Source: Squalus acanthias (Eukaryota). From it: a stretch of 64,000 nt of DNA. The first letter of the stretch is position 1, and each line of letters starts with the position of its first letter. The stretch covers positions 3,906,001 through 3,970,000 of the forward strand of contig JASTWF010000035.1 of assembly GCA_030390025.1 (NCBI GenBank), written 5' to 3'. Below are positions 37,448 to 48,472 of the stretch, in pieces. The translations under genes were made by a program, and so were the position numbers. Below the pieces are notes generated by a model. The model ran no database searches. It saw only the letters and a program-made list of their open reading frames with translations, and was not told where the DNA came from.

Positions 37448-38655
37448 ATGGGAACCATTTATTTCCTTTCCTCCTGGACATCAGATTTGGACGAAGACCA
37501 GCCGCGGCAGCAGCAGAACCCTGAACAACAGCAGCACCAACTGCAGGAGCAACAGCAGGAGCTCCAAGCTTCTGCTCACCTACCTGAAGCTGCACAGGCC
37601 AGAAGGCGCCAGCGCATGGAAGCACGTCGGCGCAGGAGATACCCCCAAACAGGGTTTACAGACAGAGGATGAGCTACCTCAACATGACTGAGTGGCAGTG
37701 CCAAAGGAGGCTCAGACTTTCGCAAGAGGTAGTGGGTGACATCTGCGCAATGCTGCAGCAAGACCTGGAGCCCAGAGGACCAGGTGGACACCCCTTACCA
37801 GTGGCCGTCAAAGTCACCACCGCACTCAACTTTTTTGCTTCAGGCTCATTCCAGGGATCAGCAGCGTCTCCCAGGCGGCCGCACACACCTGCATCACGCA
37901 GGTAAGCGATGCCCTCTTTGCCATCGCTCATAATTACATCAATTTCTCCAAGGATCAAGCCAGTGTAACTGCGCATGCGGTTGGATTTGACAATCTGGTA
38001 GGCTTTCCGAGGGTGCAGGGCGTCGTTGAATGCACACATGTGGCCCTTAAGGCACCCCATCACAATCTAGATATTTTTGTCAATCGCAAGGGCTTCCACT
38101 CCCTCAACGTGCAGCTGGTGTGTGACCACAAGAAGGAAATTTTGCATGTTTGCGCCAAGTACCCTGGCAGTTGCCATGACTCCTTCATCCTGTGCCAGTC
38201 TAGTGTGCCTCCGTTATTCAGTCCGCCAGACCAACTTTTCGGATGGCTACTTGGAGACAAGGGCTATCCCCTGAAGACGTGGCTAATGACGCCGTTGAGG
38301 AGCCCATCCAACGAAGCTGAGGAGCGCTACAACTCCAGCCATAATTGAACAAACCATCGGCTTGCTGAAGATGCGCTTCAGATGCCTTGATAGATCAGGT
38401 GGAGCCCTGCAGTACTCAGCAGCCAGGGTCTCCAGAATGGTCGTGGTCTGCTGTGCACTTCACAACATGGCACAGCATCGTGGCTTGCAGATGCCTGAGG
38501 AACAAATGGCTCATCACATAGCCTCCTCAGATGAGGAGGAGGAGGAGAGCGACAACGAACAGCTTGCAGAGGCGCATCAACCAGCGGCAGCAGCATGCGA
38601 GTACATTGCTGCCCGGGATGCAAGGGACGCACTCATCTTGGCCAGATTTGCTTAG
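37448..38655 (+). pseudogene. Harbinger C DDE transposase, frameshifted
   Basis: GVVECTHV (first catalytic D changed to E), [22 protein letters not shown] and CCALHN motifs in different frames. Confidence 0.88.
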
Positions 38656-38906
38656 CCTAGACAATCAAGCACTTTTGCCTCGCAGCTTCTTACCAGACCA
38701 TCGACAATGGCCAAGAACCTACGGATTCCTATCACTATGACCACCATACTGACAATTACAAGTCACCCTAAGCCCTCAATGTGGAAGTCCCATTTGCGAA
38801 ATGACACACGCCACAACTTCAACAGTTTGACATCAGCCTTTTTTATCACAACTGATGGCATTTCAACAATAAACACAACATGACACCCAAGTGACTACCC
38901 TTGTGA

Positions 38907-40892
38907 CTACTTGTGCATTATCTTCCTCTTACGCGTGCTTCTACGTGGTGCTTCCCCTGTGGCTTCAGCAGATGTGGAGGCCCCTTGCTCACTTTCTTGC
39001 TGCTCCTGCCTCGACACTTTTGGCGGGCGTCCTCTGGGGTTACGATCCTTTGAGGGCTCGGCAACAGTTTGCTGCTCCTGCTGCTGTGCAGGGGTTGAGA
39101 CGCCGATCTCAGTTGGGTGGGGACTCTGGTGGGGCTCCGACCGAGGGCTCTGCAGTGGCATGGTTGTGTGAGCACTTGGAGAGGAGCCCCCACTTCCTTG
39201 TTCTCTGCCACCAACATCCCTCTCATGGGTCAGCCCCATTTCAGACCTAGCAAGTGGCTGGACAGCCCCTTTCTGCACTTCAGGGGGGCCATGAGGACCC
39301 ATTTCTGCGCTGGAAGTCCTACTCCAGAGGACTTGCATGAAGGTCTGGTTTCTCTGCTCAATAGCTGACCATCGCTCCTCAAGAGATGTCAGTCTATTCT
39401 GAACAATGACCATGTTTTCACGACCCTGGCGACTAAGCTCCTCCATGGTCGTAGCCATCCTCTCCTCTATGGTAGCCATCCTTTCCACGGAGGTAGCCAT
39501 CCTTTCCACGGAGGTTGCCATCCTTTCCGTGGTGATGCGTTCATGCGCCAACGACTCCACAAAGGCTCTGCTCATGTTAGCGATGGACTCCTCCATTCGC
39601 TCCACTCGCAGCGACCCTGGAGACAAAACCTGCCAGAGACTCCTGCACCTGTTCCTGGAGTTCGAGCACCGCTCTTCTTCTGGATGGACCCGGAGGCACA
39701 GGGTCGACATGCAGCGGAGCCGAGCTGGCAGAATCCTGCGCCCTCCGATGAGGACTCTCCACTGCTGTCCCTGTCTCCACCATCTGCTGATGCTCACTTG
39801 TGAGCTGTGATACATCAGGTGACAATACTACTCTATTTCGCGCAGTTCCCAGCAAGGTGTGAGTGTCTGCGCTGGTGCTGGGTGCGCTGAATTCTGCTGA
39901 TGCTGCGCCTTCAAAGGTTGCAGCTTCCTCTGAGGAGCCTTGAAGCTCAGGCTCTTCCTCTTGGACAGTGGGGACGGGGGCTCTCGATGGTCCTGTGGGG
40001 GAGTAAAGGAAAGAGTTGGAGATGTGAGGTAAAGTTTGCATGCACATTGAATTGTGCAGATGATCATAAGTCAATCTGTTAGACCTTCAGAATCATTATC
40101 AGTTACTCATGCAATGTCAATGAGAGAGATGCAAAACTATTCTGTCACCAGGTTGCTGTGATGCGCCCGTCTGTCCGTCCCCCACTTGGGAATCTTCCTC
40201 CACTCCCACAATCTCCAGGGTTCGCCTCCTCCGCAGTGGTGAGCTGGGCTACTGAGGGTGGCCCTCCTCCTGTCCTTGCCCTCTCCGTCTTACTGTGGGC
40301 TCTCTTTTCCTGCAATGAGGGACACAAGTGGAGTTTGAGTGAAAATGAAGGAGTGAGTGTAGAGATTCCATAGCATAGATGCTTAGAAGGAGACAAAGAT
40401 GGAGTGAGGTGCCAAGAGCAAGGGCCCTCCCTGTGTGTTGTAAGTTGTTGTCATAGCATCACAGCGATAGGGAGTGTGAGGGCTGCATAGTCGAATAGTT
40501 AAGTGAATGTGAACATACAGAGAGAGGGAATGGGTAAGGGTGCAGGGATGTCAGTGTCAAGTGGGATGTGGAGGAAGAGGTTGGCAAAGCTGAGTGCTGG
40601 TGAGGAGAGGCAATGGGGATCAGATTGAGGGTGATGGGAAAGGCATACTCACTTTTCCTGTGCGGAGAAGGTCATGAAACCTCTTCCTGCACTGCAGCCA
40701 GGTTCTGCGGCACATAGACATTGAGTTGACCTCCTGGGCCACTTCCATCCACACAGCTTTAGTCTGCTGGGGAGGCTTTTTCCTCCCTGAGGAAGGGAAG
40801 AGCACCTCCTTATTTGATCTTGCTCCCTCCACCAGAGCTTGCAGGGCGGCGTCATCGAACCGTGGAGCACACTTTGACCTACTGCTGGACAT
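38907..40892 (-). pseudogene. Harbinger C Myb/SANT-like gene (exons about 40892-40653, 40309-40149, 39992-38907)
   Basis: APRFDDAALQALV...WMEVAQEVN...QCRKRFHDL; GT/AG boundaries; RTGGGPP in exon 2; frameshifts in exons 2-3. Confidence 0.8.
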
Positions 40893-43680
40893 ATTTGCTG
40901 AATGAAGCGATCACAACAATGGCCATAAAGTTTGCAGTCTCCAGAAGAAGCAAGGCTGCTTGCCGGCCTTAAATCCAGCAGCACTGATGACGTCATCGGA
41001 GGCGACTTTCAGGATGGAAAGACTCATTGGGCCAGGGGTTCCCACACGCTGGAAATCAAGTGCCCAATTAGGGGAAAATCCCACTTTTTTCCCACTTCAC
41101 ATCGGAGTCGGGGTCCTGACACGAAAATCACCTGACACGTCCCCAACCCACCCCAATGGCAAAATCCAGCCCAGAGTGTCCACAGTGCCTGGTCTGCACT
41201 CAAGGCCTCCATAATCAGCACCTGTGAAGAGACGCTCGGTCACTCGACCAGGAAACACCAAGACTGGTTCGACGAGAACGACCAGGAGATCCAGGAGCTA
41301 ATAAGCCGCAAGCGCAAGGCATTCCTGATCTGGAAACAGCAACAGAACTCGAGAGCAAGAAAGCAGCTCTACAGACGCCTGAAGGCCGAGGTCCAACAAA
41401 AAACTCGCGACCTAAAGAACAGATGGTGGGTGCAGAAAGCACAGGAGATCCAGCAGCTAGCCGACAACCACGACGTGCGTGGATTCTTTAGCGCAGTCAA
41501 GACCACCTACGGCCCAAGCACCCAAGGTCCTACCCTACTGCGGGCCAAGAACGGAGAGGTACTCATCAAGGACAGAGAGGCAGTCAATGCCCGCTGGAAG
41601 GAGCACTTCGAAGATCTCCTTAACCGAGACTCTGCCTTCGACGCGAGTGTCCTCAACTCCATCCGCAGTATGCTACCCACCACCACCTCAGCACAACCCC
41701 AGCCCGGCAAGAGGTTGAAAAGGCCATCCGACAACTGAAGAACAACAAGGCCTCAGGAACAGATGGAATCCCCGCCGAGGCACTAAAGCATGGCGGAGAA
41801 GCACTACTGGTGCGAATTCATGAACTAATTTCTCTTATCTGGAAGGAGGAGAGCATGCCAGGGGATCTCAGAGACGCCGTAATCGTGACCATCTTCAAGA
41901 AAGGTGACAAGTACAATTGCGGTAATTACAGAGGAGTTTCCCTGCTGTCTGCCACAGGGAAAGTCATCGCAAGAATCCTCCTCAATCGCTTTCTCCCAGT
42001 GGCTGAAGAGCTCCTCCCAGAGTCGCAATGCAGATTCCGCCCACTAAGGGGCACAATGGACATGATCTTCACCGCGGGCCAATTACAAGAGAAATGCAGG
42101 GAACAGCACCAACCGCTGTACATGGCCTTCTTTGACTTCACAAGGGCCTTCAACACTGTCAACCGTGAGGGATTATGGAGTGTCCTCCTCAAATTTGGCT
42201 GCCCCCAAAAGTTTGTCACCATCCTCAGCCTGCTTCACGACAACATGCAAGCCGTGATCCTGACCAACGGATCCACCACAGAAGCAATTCATGTACAGTC
42301 CGTGGTCAAGCAAGGCTGTGTCATCGCACCAACGCTCTTCTTGATCTTCCTTGCTGCAATACTCCATCTCACCCTCAGGAAGCTCCCCGCTGGAGTGGAG
42401 CTAATCTACAGAACAAACAGGAAACTGTTCAACCTCCATCGCCTCCAGTCTAGATCCAAGGTCGTCCCATCCTCTGTCATCGAATTACAGTATGCAGACG
42501 ATGCTTGCGTCCGCGCACACTCGGAGGTCGAACTCCAAACCATTGTCAACACCTTCACCGAAGCGCATGAGAAAATGGGCCTTACACTTAACATCCGTAA
42601 GACAAAGGTCCTCTACCAACCTGCCCTGCCACACAGTACTGCCCCCCGATTATCAAAATCCACGACGAGGCCTTGGACAACGTGGACCACTTTCCATACC
42701 TCGGGAGCCTACAGTCAACAAGGGCAGACGTCGATGATGAAGTCCAACACCGCCTTCAGTGTGTCAGTGCAGCCTTCGGTCGCCTGAGGAAGAGAATGTT
42801 TGAAGATCAGGACCTCAAACCCGGCACCAAGCTCATGGTCTACAGAGCAGCAGTGATTCCCGCCCTCCTGTATGCTTCAGAGACATGGACCATCTACAGC
42901 AGGCACCTCAAACCACTGGAGAGGTACCACCAACGCTGCCTCCGCAAGATCCTGCAAATCCATTGGCAGGATAGGCGCACCAACGTTAGTGATCTCGCTC
43001 AGGCCAACATCCCCAGCATCGAAGCTTTGACCACACTCGATCAGCTCCGATAGACGGGCCACATCGTCTGCATGCCCGATACGAGACTCCCAAAACAAGC
43101 GCTCTACTCGGAGTTCCAACACAGCAAAAGAACCCCAGGTGGGCAGAGAAAACGCTTCAAGGACACCCTCAAAGCCTCCTTGAAAAAGTGCAACATCCCC
43201 ACTGACACCTGGGAATCCCTGGCCCAAGACCGCACAAAGTGGAGGAGAAGCATCCGGGAAGGCGCCGAACACCTGGAGTCTCTTCGCCGGGAGCAAGCGG
43301 AAGCCAAGCGCAGGCAGCGCAAGAAGCGCACGTCAATCCAAGCACCCCACCCACCCGCCCCTTCAACCACCGTCTGCCCCACCTGTGACAGAGACTGTAG
43401 GTCCCGCATTGGACTCATCAGTCACCTGAGAACTCATTTTTAGTGTGGAAGCAAGTCATCCTCGGTTCCGAGGGACTGCCTGAGAAGAAGAAGAATTAGT
43501 GACAGATTTAATGGGAGCCCTGACATGAAGCAGAGGTCAGTCTGGACTCAGCTCATCAACTGAGACAGCTTCTGAGGACAGCCTCCCAGTCCCAGTCCTA
43601 CTGCTCCTCACAGGCCCGACTGCACCAACATCAACATCTCTTACACCTGCAAACAGCACAGAAAACACAGCAGCACTTCA

Positions 43681-44661
43681 GGCAAAGATTGACACCGAGC
43701 CACAGAAGGAGAAATTAGGGCAGGTAACCAAAAGCTGGGTCAAAGAGGGAGGTTTTAACGAGCATCATAAAGGAGAGAGAGAGGTAGCGAGGCGGAGAGT
43801 TTTAGGCGGGGAATTCCAAAGCTTAGGGCCTCGGCAGCTGAAGGCACGGCCACCAATGGTGGAGCGATTATAATCAAAGATGCTCAAGAGGCCAGAGTTA
43901 GAGGAGCGCAGATATTTCAGGGGGTGGGGGGGAGGTGGTTGTGGGGCTGGAGGAGATTACAGAGATAGGGAGGGGTGAGGCCTCGGAGGGATTTGAAAAC
44001 AAGGATGAGAATTTTGAAATCGAGGCGCTGCTTAACCGGGAGGCAATGTAGGTCAGCGAGCACAGGGGTGATGGGCGAACGTGACTTGGTGCGAGTTAGG
44101 ACACAGGCAGACGAGTTTTGGATGAGCTCAAGTTTACAGAGGGTGGAATGTGGGAGGCCAGCCAGGAGTGCGTCTAGAGGTAACAAAGGCATGGATGAGG
44201 GTTTCAGCAGCAGATGGGCTGAGGCAGGGGCAGGCGATATTACGGAGGTGGAAATAGGCGGTCTTTGAATGCTGCGGATATGTGGTCGGAAGCTCATCTC
44301 GGGATCAAATATGGCACCAACGTTGTGAAGAGTGTGGTTCAGCCTCAGACAGTTGCTGGGAGAGGGATGGAGTCGGGGGCTAGGGAACGGAGTTTGTTGC
44401 GGGGACCGAAGACAATGGGCTGGATTTTGATACTGGGGTGGGTTGGGGTCGTGTTATCCACCCGACTGCAATTGGATGTGGGAGATTGATGCAATTTTCA
44501 CCTAATTGGGCAATTGAGTTCCAGCATGTGGGAACCCATGAACCAATTAGTGGTTTCAGTCTGAAAGTCGCCTCTGATGATGTCATCATTGTTGCTGCAT
44601 TGCAGGTCAGAGACTGCCTGGCCTTTGTTGTGAGGATCTGGATGCAAAATGAGCAGCATCT

Positions 44662-44692
<31 letters not shown>

Positions 44693-45671
44693 TTTTTTTT
44701 GCATCCAGGTCCTCTCACAGCAAAGGCCAGGCAGTCTCTGAAGACATTCAGTGCAGCAGCATCAGAGGCGACTTTCAGACCTAATACTACTACTACCTCC
44801 ATCACATCTCCGTTGTAATAGTGGACCTGCAGCTGATAGTCAGCTATCCACTTGTGCTCCCGCCAGGTTTCACAGGCGTGTTTCAGATCAGGCGTACTTC
44901 ACGTTGGAAAAGGGTTAAACTAGCTAAAAAGTTTTAAAATGACATTACAGAGCCAATTTAGGGCTTGTTAAGGGCTTTAATGGCCTCTCCTGCCTCTTGG
45001 AGGTGGGACGGAGTCGGGAACACCGCACATGATTTCATCAAAATTGCGTGGAGGCGGAATGGAGGCGGGATCGGGTCCACCCGCCACTTTTCGCAATTTT
45101 AACCCCCCACACGCCTCCAAACCCGCCTCCATGGGTCTATGAAAATCCAGCCCAATGGCTTCGGTCTTCCCAATATTTAGTTGGAGGAAATTTCTGCTCA
45201 TCCAGAACTGGATGTTGGACAAGCAGTGTGATGATTTAGAGACCGTGGAGGGGTCGAGAGAGGTGGTAGTGAGGTAGAGCTGGCCGTTGTCAGTGTACAT
45301 GTGGAAACTGACGCTGTGTTTTCGGATGATGTCGCCAAGGGGCAACATGTAGATGAGAAATAGGAGGGGGCCAAGGATAGATCCTTGGGGGACACCAGAG
45401 GTAACGATGTGGGAGTGGGAAGAGAAGCCGTTGCAGATGATTCTCTGGTTACAATTAGATAGATAAGAATGGAACCAGGCGAGTGCAGTCCCACCCAGCT
45501 GGACGATGGTGGAGAGGCGTTGGCGTAGGATGGAGTGGTCAACCGTGTCAAAGGCTGCAGATAGGTCGAGAAGGATGAGGAGGGATAGTTTACCTTTGTC
45601 ACAGTCACAAAGGATCTCATTTGTGAATTTGATGAGGGCTCTTTCAGTGCTGTGGCAGGGGTGGAAACCTA
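43681..45671 (-). mobile_element. L2-clade LINE RT/3' fragment
   Basis: LLDLSAAFDTVDH, WMSRNFLQLNIGKTE, and ITPVLADLH.LPVKQRLDFKIL motifs. Confidence 0.88.
44417..45153. mobile_element. Non-autonomous Harbinger (MITE) related to family C
   Basis: 12-bp perfect TIR GGGCTGGATTTT / AAAATCCAGCCC, AAT TSD (44414-44416 / 45154-45156); ends resemble Harbinger C ends in reverse orientation. Confidence 0.92.
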
Positions 45672-46406
45672 ATATATGGGTCTGCTCCAGTGTGGTCTGC
45701 GCGAGATTCGGTTTCAAACCAGTGAGGCACCTTTCAGGCTTTGCTTTATTCCAATCACTTCCAAACATCTCCAGGGAGTGAAGCTGATCTCGGCAAAACA
45801 AGGAGGTGAAGCAAGTTGGTAAACATGTTTTCAGTCGGCTGTGACACCTGCAGCCTTACACACCCGGCGTGACACAAGCATCAGATGTGAGACTGATCCC
45901 AGCCTCAGTCCCTCACTGGAGGCTGTCACAGCGTCGCCAGCAGTCAGTCAGTTATCAGTCTGTGGAAGCAGATTGAAGTAAGTTGTTTCACATTTGAATC
46001 GTGCGAGCACAGATTGAGTTGGACTGAGTCTGTAAATGACAGGTGGAAATCAGGCAAACAACCCACTCCATGAAGAGAGAGAAACAGCGACAGGAAGCGT
46101 CAAACACACCTTGGAGCCTCAATGCTCAATCGGCTGGAAATGGGTCGGGCCGTTATTAGACCCAGAATCTCCACGCTCCCCAACTGGGAAGTCTGAGGCC
46201 TGACCCCAATAACTGTGGCTCCCCACGCTGCTCACGACTTCAAACAGACGAATATCAGGCAGACGGTAAGTCCCGGGGGGACTCAGGAGGGCCGGGGGTG
46301 AGTTGGGGAGGGGAGGGGTCGAGCTGGGGAGTGGGGAGGGGTGGGGGAGTCGAGGGAGGGGGGAGGGGGATCAGCTGGAGAGGGAGGTGGGGGGGAGGGA
46401 CGAGGG

Positions 46407-47616
46407 AAGAGCTGAATTCCAGAGGTGAGGTGAGAGTGACTGCCCTTGACGTCAAGGCAGCGTTTGACCGAGTGTGGCATCAAGGAGCCCTAGTAAAACT
46501 GAAGTTAATGGGAATCGGGGGGAAAACTCTCCACTGGCTGGAGTCATACCTAGCACAAAGGAAGATGGTTGTGGTGGTTGGAAGTCAATCATTGCAGCCC
46601 CAGGACATCGCTGCAGGAGTTCCTCAGGGCAGTGTCCTAGGCCCAACCATCTTCAGCTGCTTCATCAATGACCTTCCCTCCATCTTAAGGTCAGAAGTGG
46701 GGTTGTTCGCTGATGACTGCACAGTGTTCAATTCCATGCGCAACTCCTCAGATAATGAAGCAGTCCGTGCCAGCATGCAGCTAGACCTGGACGACGTTCA
46801 GGCTTGGGCTGATAAGTGGCAGGTAACATTCGCGCCACAGAAGTGCCAGGCAATGACTATTTCCAACAAGCGAGCGTCTAACCACCGCCCCTTGACATTC
46901 ATCGGCATTACCATCGCCGAATCCCCCACCATCAACATCCTGGGGGTCACCATTGACCAGAAACTTAACTGGACCAGCCACATAAATACTGTGGCAACAA
47001 GAGCAGGTCAGAGGCTGGGTATTCTGTGGCGAAGATCTCACCTCCTGACTCCCCAAAGCCTTTCCATCATCTACAAGGCACAAGTAAGGAGTGTGATGGA
47101 ATACTCTCCACTTGCCTGGATGAGTGCAGATCCAACAACACTCGAGAAGCTCGACACCATCCAAGACAAAGCAGCCCGCTTGATTGGCACACCATCCACC
47201 ACCTTAAACATTCACTCCCTCCACCACCGGCGTACCGTGGCTGCAGTGTGTACCATCTACAAGATGCACTGTAGCAACTTGCCAAGGCTTCTTCGGCAGC
47301 ACTTCCCAAACCTGCGACCTCTTCCACCTAGAAGGACAAGGGCAGCAGGCGCATGGGAACACCACCACCTCCAAGTTCCCCTCCAAGTCACACACCATCA
47401 TGACTTGGAAATATATCGCCGATCCTTCATCGTCGCTGGGTCAAAATCCTGGAACTCCCTCCCTAACAGCACAGTGGGAGCACCTTCACCACACGGACTG
47501 CAGCGGTTCAAGAAGGAGGCTCACCACCACCTTCTCAAGGGCAATAAGGGATGGGCAATAAATGCTGGCCTTGCCAGCAATGCCCACATCCCTTGAACGA
47601 ATAATTTAAAAAAAAC
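46407..47616 (+). mobile_element. 5'-truncated family Z LINE (RT C-terminal half, largely open)
   Basis: [27 protein letters not shown] and EYSPLAW motifs; 3' end with A-rich tail. Confidence 0.88.
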
Positions 47617-48472
47617 TCCACTTTCCTGCACTATCCCCATATCCCTTGATTCCGTTAATATCCAAAAATCTATCGATCTCTGTCTTGAATATACTCAACG
47701 ACTGAGCCTCCACAGCCCTCTGGGGTAGAGAATTCCAAAGATTCACCACCCTCTGTGTGAAGAAATTTCTTCTCATCTCAGTCCTAAATGGCCGTTCCCG
47801 TATTCTGAGACTGTGACCCCTGGTGCTAGACTCTCCAGCCAGGGGAAACATCCTCCCTGCATCTACCCTGTCAAGCTCTGCAAGAATTTTGTATGTTTCA
47901 ATGAAATCACCTCTCATTCTTCAAAACTCCAGAGAATATAGGCCTAGTCTCTCCTCATAGGACAATCCCCCCATCCCAGGAGTCAGTCTGGTGAACCTTC
48001 GTTGCACTCCCTCTATGGCAAGTATATCCTTCCTTAGGTAAGGAGACCAAAACTGTACACAATACTCCAGGTGTGGTCTCACCAAGGCCCGAAATAATTG
48101 CAGTAAGACATCTTGGGCTAAAAATTCAGTCGCGCCCCGTTTGGGGCGCACATGTCGTCCGGGCGCAAAAATTAGCGCCTGGCGCTAATTATCGCCACTG
48201 ACTGGAAACTTCACTTTTAACGCCCCTGGAGATGAGTGGAGCGCTAAATCAGGCGCTGCACACCTGTCTTAAGGCGCAAAGGCCGAGGAGTGAGGCGCTA
48301 ACTCAGAGCGCGAGCGCAGCGCAGGTGCTGCCAGTTAGCGAGGGAACACAGACACACTGGCGCCGGCCAGTTCTTAAAGGGGGGGGGCGATCTTGCTCCC
48401 CAGCCACACCCTGCTCATTGCAGCCTTGAATCTCGGCCTGGAGAGACCTGTGAATCCATTTTCCAGCCAAGG

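Larger units (their letters stand above)
33434..41172. mobile_element. Composite Harbinger C: left end 1 (33434-33510), CR1 mosaic, left end 2 (36925), body, right end
   Basis: TIRs GGGCTCGATTTTGCCA (33434), GGGCTGGATTTTGCCA (36925) and TGGCAAAATCCAGCCC (to 41172); AGA TSD at 33431-33433 / 41173-41175 within RTE. Confidence 0.88.
32214..43494 (+). mobile_element. Full-length RTE-clade LINE (pieces 32214-33433 and 41173-43494) split by Harbinger C
   Basis: FGTWNVRT, GDFNARVG, YADD and C-terminal CxxC..H..H motifs; stops and frameshifts; (GAA)n tail; possible ATTA duplication at 32210-32213 / 43495-43498. Confidence 0.93.

Noticed and set aside
40984..41022. Hammerhead at CTGATGA in Harbinger C
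   Set aside because: No convincing stem II closed by GAAA and no stem I; it overlaps a TGACGTCA palindrome.
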